Origin: Octopus bimaculoides
Taxonomy: Eukaryota
NCBI RefSeq assembly: GCF_001194135.2
Contig: NC_068998.1
Span: forward strand, 26,879,891-26,943,890
Reading direction: 5' to 3'
Length of the DNA: 64,000 nucleotides
Part shown: positions 1 through 13,645 of the stretch, one piece after another
How positions within the stretch are numbered: position 1 is the stretch's first letter
Layout: every line of letters starts with the position of its first letter
The notes under the pieces: model-generated
What the model was told of the DNA's origin: nothing
The model's input: only the letters and a program-made list of their open reading frames with translations
Database searches by the model: none
Program-made: the position numbers and the translations under genes

Positions 1-538
1 ACATCCTTTTTTCCCCCAAAGGAAGCCGGTTTTGGCTGTCTTTCATTTTCAGAGAAGTCCTAGAAACCGTTTCGATTTGCACATTCTTTTTATTTAAATT
101 TCGCACTTAAGTGTGATATTTCTTAGAAATATCCTTTACCTTCTGCCTCCGGTCAGTGCCCAGGTGTTTGCATCGGTCGTTTACATTTTATCACAATTGC
201 ACTTTTGGTCGATAGAATATCGATTTTGTTGAAATACGTTCTGTTCACATATAGATGTGCTTATAGATGTGAATGTTCATTCACAACTGTCCGCATCCAC
301 GTGATAGGATTGGAGTCTAAAATCGTGTAATTCCGCCTCTGTCTATACTTCTGTCTGTGATGCTCTGGCGACAGCTGTAAAAGCAGCATTGCTTACAATA
401 CCATTGCAAATAATTATGAGCTTTAGCGTTGTGGGAATTTTTTGTGTTGAAATACCATATTTAGTGCGTACAAACAGCAACGAGGTAAATATAATTATTT
501 TTTTTTAAAGATTCATTTAATTACAGATTTTTGATAGG

Positions 539-766
539 GTGCCTTCAAAAAGCAAGAGTCACATTGGCGGAGAAACAAAAAATGCTTCCGTTTTGCGTTC
601 CTTGTGGGCAAGCGAGTCAGAAGAACAATGTGTGCTTCGGCATGCTCGCAATGCTACTTCTACTTCAACCGCCAGAGCATCACAGACAGCTCAACAAGCA
701 GAACTCCGGCGTGCTCGCAATGCTGCTTTTACTGTTGTCGCCAGAGCATCACAGACAGAAGCATAG
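539..766 (+). pseudogene. Remnant ORF with 23-aa (69-bp) STPR-like repeats, resembling the N-terminus of Helitron Rep/helicase proteins
   Basis: Translation shows SESEEQCVLRHARNATSTSTARA / SQTAQQAELRRARNAAFTVVARA / SQTEA, an exact 23-aa period, after a basic MPSKSKSHIG start; ORF stops at 766. Confidence 0.45.
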
Positions 767-899
767 ACAGAAGCGGAATTACACTATTTTAGACTCCAAT
801 CCTATCACGAACTTACACCGTTCAATGGACGAGGGGCGTTTGCTAGTTCTTTGAATATAGTTTGAAAGTTCTGCTTTCAAACTTTACTCAAGTGAGCGC

Positions 900-1215
900 T
901 ACATCATTTGTACAATGTGGAAAATACTCCATCAACACTGTTCAAGCAACGCCAACATTAAATTCAGAAGTTATCCAAGGCTTGGCTTCCTTATCATACG
1001 CTCCCTACAAAATTTGAGCTCATATCGCATCACAAAATGGCGGCGTAACTTTCTTCCTCAACAGTTCCTAACTTATTCAACATTATCCCGAAAGAAATCA
1101 GAGAACAAGACTCACCATAGCTAAACTGTGCCTGGACAAATCCCTCCAAGAGATATCAGATAAACAGTTGACATCTGAAAATGTTTCAGCAAACAACTCC
1201 CTACTCCAGTAGTCT
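900..1215 (+). mobile_element. CR1-like LINE 3' end remnant
   Basis: Frameshifted translation PNLFNIIPKEIRE...LDKSLQEISDKQ...SANNSLLQ resembles invertebrate CR1 ORF2 C-termini (recalled motif). Confidence 0.5.
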
Positions 1216-1772
1216 AAGATATCTTAGAATATAACTTAAAAGATTATTCCAATAATGGCTCAAATCTATCTATTCCTGTGTATACATATTATTTGCAGGG
1301 GAGGCACACTACTTGCTACTTGATCAATTACTATTTCCACTCACCTTTCAACAGTTGAAATGTGAAAATTTTTTTCCGCAGTTTCTCTTGGTGAATTCCT
1401 TACAGCAAAGAATTTCTAACTAACGGGTGGAAAGTACATAATGAGAGAGAGCACTGAATATTTACATAACACCTTAAAGTTAGGTAATATTCATTCGGTT
1501 CCCCTTTTCAAACCCGTGTAGTACATAACTACCTATTCCATTCCTTCCATTCACAGACTTAATAAGCAATCTTTGTAACTGCATACTGGAGTTGTTAGTA
1601 TCGGAACTTCTGCCTTCTTTCGAAATGGGATCAAGTGAATTTGATGCGTTGATTAATAAACATTGATTGATTATAATCTCTTCTTGCGCTATCTACAGCT
1701 GCTTTTACCACAATCATTTGGATCTCACTACTTTATCATATACATATATATATATACATATATATGTATATT

Positions 1773-1811
<39 letters not shown>

Positions 1812-1844
1812 GTGTGTGTCTGTGTGTGTGTGTGTGTATCGGAA

Positions 1845-2273
1845 GTAAACACAAACGCAAATGGCGTTTAAAATTTACGAGAGCTGTTTCGGTAAAATTT
1901 CATTTATTCAATGCACCCAAAAAAGATGACGTCACAATATATAATCCACCATCATCAGACCGGGACATAGCCATCGTCAGCTGAACTAGTGATGCGTCTA
2001 ATGTTACATTCGAATAAATAGGAGAAGTAGAAACCATGGCTTAAAACAGGCAAATAAGAAACAAGGAGATCATAGAAATATACAATATAAATTCACTTAT
2101 CTAAACTTGTTTATGGTTTAACAATGGCACCAAATAATATTAGATAATAATCTCTTACCTGATGATGGTGAATTGTATATTATAATGTAATCTTTTATGA
2201 CTGCATTAAATAAATAAAATTTTACCGAAACAGCTGTCCTAAATTTTAAACTCTATATGTGTTTAGTATTTAC
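1845..2273. repeat. Inverted-repeat module (~93-bp core arms 1866-1958 and 2159-2251, extendable to ~1845/2273); each arm carries a hammerhead core
   Basis: The reverse complement of 2159-2251 aligns without gaps to 1866-1958 at roughly 85% identity. Confidence 0.85.
2155..2242 (+). ncRNA. Type I hammerhead ribozyme motif, long loop II, stem I damaged
   Basis: ttac-CTGATGA-T-GGTGAA...TTTACC-GAAAC-AGCT-GTC-ctaa; palindromic AGCT loop III; C.C mismatch closes stem I. The inverted copy (~1870-1958, - strand) has GTAAA after the site but CTC instead of GTC. Confidence 0.6.
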
Positions 2274-2479
2274 ACCTACGCCACAACCAAGACCCAGCCC
2301 TGAGTCGGGTCTACGGCTTAAACTGGATTTGGTACTTGCATATTTTTAGCATCCTGTCAACACTTGATGTTTTTAATGTTATTTATTTCTTTGTGTGGTC
2401 TGTGTTATCGTACCTAGCCATTTCTGGCGTCCTACGAGTTGATGTGCCTTGTTTCATATGAATCGTTAAACAAAATCTT

Positions 2480-2649
<170 letters not shown>

Positions 2650-3715
2650 ATGTATATATATAGCAGAATTTAAGAATTAGTCCGACGATGGTTTAACTGG
2701 ATAAAATTTAAAACAATGTCTGTATCAACACACGATTTCCCATCTTTTGCAAAACAAATACATAAACATGTATATGTTCTCATTCTTCTTTCTTTTACTC
2801 CTCAATTGGTCTCAAATCATTGGACCGTGAGTATGCTGGGAGTAAGGACTGTCTTTGGCGCTTACACGGCCATATCGACACACCAATACGTAAACAGCAA
2901 ACATGGTCCAAAACACATACAGATATATATATGTATGTGTGTGTGCGTGTGTTCGTACGTATATATATATTATATATATGTATATGTATAATATTTGCAT
3001 GTATTCATCCAAGTATGTGTATGTGTGTGTATCTATGTATGTATGCAAGTATGCATTTCTGTGAATGTGCGCCTGTCTTTTTTTTTTGCTTTTTTTGGTC
3101 TCTTGTTTTGGGGGAGTTTTGTGTTTTTGTTTTTTAATATGTGTCGCCTAGTTATCAGCTCAAATTATCGCATCACACTTCTTCAAAATAGAATAAAATG
3201 GAATTAAATAAAATAAAAAAATAAACGATATCAGTTTTCATCTTGTTCAGACACAATCACAGAACAATATCTCTGAATATAAAAATCAAACGGAACATAT
3301 TTTTTCAAACAATCGATACAATTTATCTGAAATTTGTCAAATCATTTGATCATAGCATCAGAATTAAATAGCGGCAAAAAGTATCTCGTCGATAATATTG
3401 TGGTTCTTCTTACAAGAAAAATGGAAAGAGAAAACAAGATTTTTCTTTTTTTAAAGATCATTTCAAATCATTTAAATTTTTTTTTTTAAATTACCATTTT
3501 CTTTTTTCATTTTCATCTTCTCTTTCAAAATTTCGTAATTGTTCTCGCAGAGTCACTGAATAGAGAAAAAATGTGAAAAAAAAAAAAAATGAAACTTCAT
3601 AAAATACTTAATATCAGTGCACTGTGCATATATGTGTGTGTGATGTGTGTGTGTATACACACATATCTATACATAAATATACATATACCTATACATACAT
3701 ACATACATACATACA

Positions 3716-3746
<31 letters not shown>

Positions 3747-3884
3747 GTGTTTGCGTAATGGAAAGAAATGTATACAATTTCATTAATCATCTTTAAATGT
3801 ATTTTTAAATATCTTCTCCCGCTGTTCACGTTTATTTCTAGCTTGTTCTCTCTTTTTTTCTCTATCTTTACTTCTTTATTTCTT

Positions 3885-3938
<54 letters not shown>

Positions 3939-5016
3939 TCTTCTTCTTCTTCTTCTTCTTCTTCTTCCTTTCACATACGCGCATGCAGAGACACACATTT
4001 AGTCTTTCTCTTACCCTTCCTCATTTTAAAAATCTAACACAACGTACGTCTGCCTCCCACAACCATCAGATCACTTACAATTATCGACAAAACATTCGTT
4101 ATTTTCCTTCTAAAAACTATTTTCATACATAGACGTTATTATAATAGAACAGAAAGACATCACATCCGTAGCGAGGAATTCTATTTCAGGTATAGACAAC
4201 CATCATAGGAAAAACAGGTGAACGCTGTGATTATTTAGCAAAAAGAGAAGTCTGCACTGTATCTAATAGTTGTAAATTAATACTCCAGTGTCAGGGTTGT
4301 TATTTACGCTCTGTTGATTCGTTTCCGTTCTTACTTCACGCAGAGAAAACAGAGATTTTTTTTCCATAATAAGAAACCAGCCAAGCGACTCGTTTCTACA
4401 TCATAAAGTGCAGAGCCCAGAAATAAGACTCTATGTGGTCACCAGAAATAGCAACCAAATACCGCTCAAATCATAATTTACCATCTTTAAAAAATGAAGT
4501 ACATATGAGCTCATTTAGTAGACTATGCATAAAAAATCATCGGGGTTGTTCAAGAATATATATTTGATCATATGTGTTGAATCAATGGAATTAGGACTAA
4601 AGACTAAAGATATAAGTAAATTGTATCCTTATAATGTTATTAATTATCTCGGTTTCTTCAGTCCTCTACTCTCACACTCACAGTTTTCATTCTTACTATT
4701 TCCTAGGTGCATGTGAATGTAAATATGGATATGTATATATATGCAAACATATGTATATGTTATGAAAATGAATTTTCTTCGCAGATATCAAACCCATCAA
4801 TAACAAATTGACTTGGCTTTTTTGTTTAAGTCTAAATATTTCCAGGGATAAGTGAATATGTGAGTGCATGTGTGCATATACGTAGGTGTACGCATATAAT
4901 TGCACTCGTATAATAAGTACATATGTTCTTTTAGTACACGAGTGGATTTGGTCGACCAAAGAAGCACGTCTTGTGTGTCTGTGTGTATGTGTGTGTGTAT
5001 GTGTCTGCGTGTGTAT

Positions 5017-5085
<69 letters not shown>

Positions 5086-5199
5086 CGGAACTTTTGTATT
5101 TATGTATGTATGTAAGTATGTATACGTGGAGATTCGTATGTCTTGTTTTATGTATGTATTCTCATGCATATAGTTGCATATTTAGACATGCCCATACAT

Positions 5200-7400
5200 A
5201 CTTAAATGATAAACTTCTGAAAAATTTTACAGATTTTTACAGTTCCAGTGATGGATTGGATCTGTAGTCTTCGAATCAGCTTTCTCCTTTCTGGTTTTGA
5301 GAAACCTAATTTCTCAAAATTAGTATTTAGGCAGTGTGCTACATATCCCAGTGCCCCAATAATTACAGTATAAACCTGAACTTGTAATCTTTAATATGTA
5401 TGTATTCCATAGCAAAGGTGTTGTTTATATTTAACCCCGGACTGTTTTTTCTGTGGAAGGTATAGCAAATTGTTTTAACAACATTGTCATGTTGCATTGG
5501 GAGGTAGTACCTCGATGGCGTTTTTTAACAGTTACTCATTAGATGAGTTGTGTCCTCCACAGAAGTGATACTATCTACACTTGCGGTTGCATCTTGGGGA
5601 TTTGAGGGTTTTCCTGTTCCGTTTGTTCATGGGATGTTTAGTAGCTGTGTCCCGCTTTTGGACTGTGAAAGCATAACCTTTATAATGTGATGTAGCGGTC
5701 ACGAGTCTAGTCAATATTGTTAATTTTTTCTACTTTACATGAAACTTATCTATACGTAAACTTTTTTGTGGCCTGTAGAGTTTTCCGGATTTTTCCTGAG
5801 ATATGCGAGCTCTGCACATTTGTGTTCGTATGAGAGGTCATCAAGAAGTGAGTATTTCTTGAAGAGTTAACTGCCGGCCTCGTTGTTCAGTACTTGGTTG
5901 ATGTATTTTTTTTTCTGCTATGCTTAGAAGGTGCTGTCTAAACGAGATCAAACAATACTCGAAGGCTGGCTGCAATGATCTTAAACGTCTTCCTCTTTTT
6001 TTTTTATTTTCTGAGAGTGAATCGAGAAATATCGCTATTTCTGGAAAAAATTGCAGTCAATGCAGTCAATGTAGGGTTTTAATGTCATTGTAGCGGATTT
6101 CCTGTTTAGATCAGTCGAGTTTCCAAATGTTTGTATCAGAATAGTACTGCAAATGTATTGTGGAATATTATCTTCTTGTAGGAGGAAAGCTCTAACAACC
6201 ATACGTTTTGTAAGTCTTGAGTAATACTCTTTGGCTATTTAGTCTTCATTCTCTGTACATTTATATGATATATTTCCATCAATAGCTAGGTATTTGTAGC
6301 ATTCGTTATGTAGAGAGAATATTGACATAAAATTTTGAGGTTCTTCTATTTTCAGTTGTGTAATACGAATATTTTTTATCGAATTTCATCACTATATCAG
6401 CGGAAAATATAATTAAATCCAGATGATTTTTGACATTGTTAATATGTTGGGCAAAGACCTTTACATCGTCCACGAAGAAGCTATGGGCATTATGTTTTGT
6501 TGCTGTAAGCCCTAAAGGAATTGCCAGAGGAATTCGTTGAGGAAATTACAGCTCAATTAGATCATTTAAATTCAAAATAAGTAAAATTACAAATAGACTC
6601 TCACCTTGGAATATCCCTGTTAATAACATTAGTGACAATCGGTCTACTTCCCATGCGGACCAGATCTTCATGAGCCTTTCAATGACAGCAACTAAGGTAG
6701 GAGATAATCTTCACAGCTGTAATGACTTGCGTAGCCACAAGAAGAAAAGTCCCTGCGCCGTCTCGATATTTCAAACAGCACAGTTTTATTTACCAAAAAC
6801 AGTTCGGTACACCCCTACACTCCTTTCTTTCCATTTACCTGCTCATCAAAGACTATATCGAGATAGATGCAATGGTCTTGGAGAAAATGATTCATGCAGC
6901 TAGTGTTAGGCTAGGCTATAGGTCAATATTTCTTTCCTGAATTAGTGTCTCCGTTCTTAGCTACAAGGTTTGTTCGTGCAATAACAAGTTCCGTATGTCT
7001 ATCAGGCCTTATACAGCTGCTTTTTCTTTTAATGTATGTAAGTGACTTTCTATAAAATGTCAACGCCGTGTACTAGTAGCCAATTATGAGGTAGCTTTCA
7101 AGTGCCTTCTAATTCGGTAACTTCCCTCAGAATTAGTAAAATTTCGACATTGTTTGTGTAACTTTTACTGCTGATTTTATTTCAGTATTCTCAAGTCATT
7201 GTATTACCAATGTAGCATTCTGATTAAAGTCCTTACTTTCGTTCCAGATTTTAGCCTAAAATGATTTCAGCTCTTCTTGGCAATAGGGCCCTTTTGTATA
7301 ACAACGGTTTTTCGTTCGTCATCTCTCTATATAGAACCTGGTTCACTGTAATACATTTTCAGTGGTGGAGTTTTCTCACCTGAGTCATGAATTTATATTC
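5200..7400 (-). mobile_element. Degraded RLE-type non-LTR retrotransposon (R4/NeSL-like): RT, CCHC knuckle and RLE C-terminus
   Basis: Minus-strand motifs GV*GCTELFLVNKTVL, GIFQGESL, HSFFVDDVKVFA (~6460-6620), EDTTHLMSNC...YYLPMQHDNVVK, VIIGALGYV...ITGTVKICKIF*; many stops and frameshifts. Confidence 0.75.
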
Positions 7401-7679
7401 CAGAGTTATTCACACTATGTATGCATGTATCTTCCTTATTAGAGTTTATTTTGACAAGCGACCTGTTTAATGGCAAGGTAGAACAATTTTCAATTCAGAT
7501 ATAAGACTTTCATTAGAATTCAAGAGAAATAAAGTTGGTAGTCATGTTTTTTATCTGCATGTCATTCCGTGTGTGAATCCGTAGTCTGACTTCTAACTTG
7601 CTATTTCCTCACAGTAATATATGATTTATAAAAGAATTTCCTTTGTTTCTTCTGAGCGAAAGGAAAAGAGCATTTGAAG

Positions 7680-9480
7680 CAATGGAGGAAAATAGCAATG
7701 AGAAAAACGTCATTCAAATCAATGACATAAAGTGCAATGACACTAAGAAGAATGATACAGCTCTGAAGGAGGAATGTCATTTAAGGCAATAACCCCAGTA
7801 GTAATGACACTAATATCAGAAAGAGTAGTGACCCTCTCAACAATGAAGCTATAATCAATGACATTTAGATAAATAACGTGTAATAACATACAACAGCAAC
7901 AGAGTCATAAGACACAAAACAATGAGAATTACAAAACACATTTAAAATGAAGATATTAAAGTAACGACAGACTGATAGCACATTACAATAATGGCACTTA
8001 CTGCAGTAGTAACACTTGTAAAGTAATGAAATGAGAACGGTACGTAGAAAATGTCACAGAAAACAATGATACTTAGAAAAATTAAACTTAGATCAATGAC
8101 ATATAGACATAGACTAGCAGCGTATAGACCAGCAGCGTATAGACCAGCAGCGTATAGACCAGCAGCGTATAGACCAGCAGCGTATAGACCAGCAGCGTAT
8201 AGACCAGCAGCGTATAGACCATTGACGAATGGACCAATACAAACAGAATAATGGCACACGAACCAATGACGCATAGATCAGTAGCACTTAAACCAAAAAC
8301 ACTTAAATCAATGTACGTAGAACAATGATACCGTACAGCAATTAAGCTTGGAGCAATCACAACCTTAACAGTGGGACAAAGAATTCTGGTACTTGGGGTA
8401 ATGATACTTGAAGCAGTTATATTTAAGGTAAAATAGTGAACACTGAGGCATAGCTAATTAACACATAAAGTAATTATACAAAGTGGACAAAGATAATGGT
8501 AAATGGTGCAATTATAATTAGATTAATGCACTTTAGGCTATGACATTTACAATGCAACACTTAGAACAATAGCATTTGGTGTGATGACAGCTAGACCAAT
8601 GACGTAGGAGTGGCACGTAGAACAATGACATTTAAAACAAAACCACATAGAGCAATGCCACTTTGGGCAGTCACACAACAGCGATATTTATGGTAATAAC
8701 ACAGAACAGTGTCTTTTATTGGGGTTAACTTGAGAAATTAATCACACCCCCAATGACTCATTGGACGAACAAATACAACAATAAAGCTTAGTGACGCATA
8801 GAGCAACAACATAAAGAACAATAATATTTAAAGTAGTGATACTATGATTAACGCTGCATAGCTCAATGACTGAACGAAGGCATTTAGATAGATAGTTTGC
8901 TCTTAAATTGGTAATACGTAGAGTACTGACAATGCAAAAAATCGATGGCATATAGACAATAATAGGTGCAGCAATGTCATTAGAACAAAGTTCAAACAAT
9001 GACACTTATAACATTAACACCGAGATCTATAGCATTTTAGAAAAGAGCACCTAAAGCAACCACAGCAATGAGGATAGCAATATTTACATCAAGGACAAAT
9101 TATATCAATGAATTTTTCACCAGTACCTCTTCAATCAATGGCATATGGAGAAATGGTATTTACAAAGATGAACCTGAGAGGCTGAAACTTAGAATAATGG
9201 CAGATGCTTGGAGCAGTAACACGGGAAATAATGACACTTTTATCGATGACATTTAGATCTATGACACGGAGCAATTTCACAAAATGTAGATTATTAAAAC
9301 TTAGAGCAATGAAATAGAGACAATTAACCAGCAGCCAATGTCACATAGAACCATGACCTAATAGGTCAATGACTCTCAAGCCTGTGATACATAGACCATT
9401 GATACAACATGAGCCAATGTCATCTACCACAATGACACTCAGATGAATGAAAGGAGTGTCACAAATGGGAAACATTGACA
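7680..9480. repeat. Ancient degenerate ~15-bp minisatellite (consensus near AGCAATGACACTTAG)
   Basis: caatgac/caatga and cttag/atag motifs recur at ~15/30-bp spacing over ~1.8 kb; strong strand asymmetry. Confidence 0.65.
8116..8220. repeat. Seven perfect tandem copies of AGCAGCGTATAGACC
   Basis: Direct count: 7 x 15 bp. Confidence 0.97.
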
Positions 9481-9592
9481 AACAAAATACGGAGCAATGA
9501 AACAGAAATAAAATATAAGTAAATAAAATTTAGATAGATAATACTGAAGGAAAAATTTCACTCGAATATAAGCCAGACGAATCTATATATCT

Positions 9593-9780
9593 TTTTCTTT
9601 TATTTGTTTCAGTCATTAGTCGAATTAAGTCATTAGTCATTAGTCGAATTAATGAATCCAATACCTCTTTTAAGCCTGGTACTTATTCTACAGATATATT
9701 TTGCTGAACTGCTAAGTTACAGGGAAGCATCCAAACCAACACCGGTTATCAAACGGTGGGTGGGGGACAAACACAGAAGC
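9593..9780 (-). mobile_element. SINE family A, 3' half (degenerate)
   Basis: Matches the 3' half of full copies at 24220-24690 and 60140-60560 (tttgtttcagtca...aagcctggtacttattcta...gctaagttac). Confidence 0.7.
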
Positions 9781-10956
9781 AAAGAAAAATACACACACAC
9801 ACAAACACACACACAGACACGCAAATATATAATGTAAATAATATATATATATATATANNNNNNNNNNNNNNNNNNNNNNNNNNNNNNNNNNNNNNNNNNN
9901 NNNNNNNNNNNNNNNNNNNNNNNNNNNNNNNNNNNNNNNNNNNNNNNNNNNNNNNNNNNNNNNNNNNNNNNNNNNNNNNNNNNNNNNNNNNNNNNNNNNN
10001 NNNNNNNNNNNNNNNNNNNNNNNNNNNNNNNNNNNNNNNNNNNNNNNNNNNNNNNNNNNNNNNNNNNNNNNNNNNNNNNNNNNNNNNNNNNNNNNNNNNN
10101 NNNNNNNNNNNNNNNNNNNNNNNNNNNNNNNNNNNNNNNNNNNNNNNNNNNNNNNNNNNNNNNNNNNNNNNTTATATATATATAATAGATTGTATATACA
10201 GTACATTTAAAAATGCTGATTTAGAAAATCATGTTTCCATTCGAAACGAATACAATAAGGAAAATTGTAAAAAGTGGTATTGTAAATTTAATATCAATAA
10301 TTTTGTAATGGTTAAATTTAATCATAAAACCTATGAAATGAATTCAAACTATTAACAAGATGAAAACTCGCCATTTTTTATAACTCTGCAAAATCTGTAT
10401 TATAGTAAATATTGAAGTTAAATTATATATATATAAGCTAAATATTTGATATTAATTTATATCTGTAGCAATAGGAATATTTAATCTAGCACACCCGATC
10501 GAGATTTAATATCAAGTCCAAGTAATCAGGCAAGAGGAGATAAGTGGTTTAGGTAAATATTTCATTTTCTTTTATTGAAACGTAGAAGTTGTATAGATAA
10601 ATCTGGATTAGGTTAATATTATTTCGATTGAAAGTAAAGGAAGTTAAATCAATAGATCTTAAACCAAATTAAAAGTAATTATAAAATATTATGCTAAATT
10701 TATTGCTAAACTATAACATAATTGATAGCTAATTTTAGTTGAAATATTTTATGGTTCATAACCTTTGTATAAGCAGTAACTGGTGTAATTAAACAAAATG
10801 TAAGTACAACTTTTGATGTGTAAGTATCTGGAGTTAATGAATACTAGAAACAAAAATAATGTGATATATAAGAAAATGTTTTTAGTGGATAACGTACGTA
10901 TAGATGTATAGATATATTTAAAAATTACTTGGGAAAGGATGCGTGGCGTTTGATCA

Positions 10957-11943
10957 TATAATGATATAAATAATATATAAACATATGCATATATCCATAC
11001 ATATATGTAAATACCTACATCTATATGTATACATACATGCATATATGGGTACAGGGCATCACAAAAACGTTAAACACAATGAGAAACGAAAACATAAAGG
11101 CGAAAACAGAAAACGAACTTTTTTCGAACAACGAAAAAAACAAACAGAGAAACGAGCTATGCAACATAAAGAGTATAACCCTTCGTCAGTTATCCCTGTT
11201 CCATCTACTCCGCGTTTCGAAGGCAAGGACAATACGTGACTTCGTTGGAACAGTCTTTCCCGCAAAGCAAATTAAATAAAATTTGGAATCTTTTGCGGAG
11301 GGTGAAAGTGTTAACAAGAACAGGACAGTGAGAACAAGACAGTAAAAACAGTAAGAACAGGACAGTGAGAATAAGACAGTAAAACAAACAATGAGGGCTG
11401 TTAAGCCAAGACGATAGAAAAATTATTATGAACGCTAAGATAGACGTGCATGAGAGAAGAGACAGAAAAACTACGTCTTTTCTATAAGAAGGCAGTGAAC
11501 AGAAAGAAAGATCCTCTTTCGTCACGTGTCAGCGATCAGAGGGTCAAGGAGGAAGAATGAGAGAGAGAGGGGGGGAACGGTGAAAGGGAGAGAAGAATAG
11601 GGAAAGGGTGGGAGAGAAAAACAGAAAAGGTGAAGAACAAAGAGGGAGAGAGATAACGAAGTCGCGTATTGTCCTTGCCTTCGAAACGCGGTGTAGATGG
11701 AACAGGGACAACTGACGAAGGGTTATACTCTTTATGTGGCATGTCTCGTTTCTCTGTTTGTTTTTTTCGTTGTTCGAAAAAAGTTCGTTTTCTATTTTCG
11801 TCTTTATGTTTTCGTTTCTCATTGTGTTAAACGTCTTTTGATGTCCTGTACCCATATATGCATGTGTGTATACATATAGATGTAGGTATGTATATATATG
11901 TATGGATATATGCATATGTTTATATATTATTTATATTATTATA
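10957..11943. repeat. Long inverted repeat: ~290-bp arms (10957-11246 / 11655-11943) with a 408-bp purine-rich spacer
   Basis: Arms align at >90% by eye; the ORF track shows mirrored peptides (HKEYNPSSV.PVPSTPRFEGKDNT on both strands). Confidence 0.95.
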
Positions 11944-12675
11944 GGTATATATAAACCGCTATATTAAAACTAAACAACCTAAAATTCAATATGTTAATCC
12001 TTCTACGACGATTTTTGCGATTTTTTAAAAGAAAAACCATACAAACAATATAAACCATCTAAAACCTGTAGATCATTCCAAAACATCTAATCTCCGAATT
12101 GTCCAGCGAAGAACATAAAACTTATAATTTAAAAAATTCTGTGTCTTATATATAATGATTTCAATCTAAATAAATGTGTGTGAAATGTACTTGCCACTAA
12201 AATCAATTTTTAATTATTGTTAAATTATTAAATTAAATATACTCTTAGCATTATCGAATTGAAGATATGTATTGGTTGAGAATATTAATACTGAAGTAAG
12301 ATTCGAACAAAAGCCAGTTGCTGGAATGTAGCATAAACAGTTATTGATAGAAGAAAAGGTATCTTCAGAAAATATATTTATTGAGAGATGTGCGAAACTT
12401 CGAAGGGAGAATTTTAGGTTATTGGTTTTTAAAGATATACACAAGGATTATTCTACGAGGAAACTATGAAAACATAAAAAGTAGAAAAATTACCACGTTC
12501 AAAAATAGGTACAAATTAAATAGGTAGATATAAAAATAATATAATTTACTGCACAGGCGAACAGATGGTTATATATATTGGCATGTAATGATAAAAAATG
12601 CTTCATATTGATATTCAATATTTTATAGAAAAACTGGCTAGTGGTATATATATAATACACATATGTATATTTATT

Positions 12676-12736
<61 letters not shown>

Positions 12737-12877
12737 TTACAAACCTAGAAAGCAGTTGTTTTTCATTTAGCTCAGTTTAGAAAATCTGGGGTTGCCAAAG
12801 CGTGCAACCACTTCTTCGGATGAGTCAGTCTGGACAATAAGAGACCTCATATCACTCATGCCACATGCAATACATGT

Positions 12878-12915
<38 letters not shown>

Positions 12916-13149
12916 GTGTGTGTGTGTGTATGTATGTATATGTATGTATGTATATATATATATATGAGTGTGTGTGTGTGAATTTATGCATTTATCTATA
13001 GATAAATATCTATACACACACATACACGCACGCATAGAGTGCATCATCTATTGAGGGCAAAACATTTAAAGACTATAAATGGCACAAAGTTTAACTAAAT
13101 ATCTTTGTTTTTCAGTCCCAACATTGGAAGCTTCTAGTCCAAGGCAGAC

Positions 13150-13430
13150 AATGGTACGGCATACCGTTCTTGTCATCTTAGCCGCCAGCCACAGTGATTC
13201 TGAGATTGCAACCTGTTCAAATGTTATCAGGTCCTTCTTGCAAAAATGTCTTCTGTGACCAAAAAGGACAAATCATTCTCGACGTTTTCAGGAAAGTCGA
13301 GTTTGCACAACATTATTAACAAGTATCCTAGCAAGTCACTCAGAGGCATTGTCAATCGTCTTCAGCATTGTCAATCAGCTCCATGTCTGGAGCGTCGTTT
13401 AGAATGAGATCAACAAGCATGGCCACAATA
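13150..13430 (+). mobile_element. Tc1/mariner (DD37D/maT-like) transposase N-terminal remnant
   Basis: RHTVLVILAASHSDSEIATCSNVIRSFLQK...NIINKYPSKSLRGIVNRL resembles HTH regions of DD37D transposases (recalled). Confidence 0.45.
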
Positions 13431-13490
13431 CCAAGGATTTGTTCATGCCTGCTACTGGGACTTTATCAACAATATAAATAAAATATCACG

Positions 13491-13645
13491 GACATGGCTG
13501 TGTGATAAGAAGCTTGCTCCCGACCACATGGTTCCGGGTTCAGTCCCACTGCGTAGCACCTTGGTCACGTATCTTCTACAATAGCCTAGGGCCGATCAAA
13601 GCCTTATGAGTGGATTTGGTAGACGGAAACTGAAAGAAGCCCGTA

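Noticed and set aside
8116-8220. CRISPR-like array
   Set aside because: Perfect tandem 15-mers with no spacers and no cas genes, in a eukaryotic context.
12775-12875. Possible host exon (ttag/cag acceptor, open frame LENLGLPKRATT...)
   Set aside because: No recognisable protein motif or partner exons; cannot be supported without RNA data.
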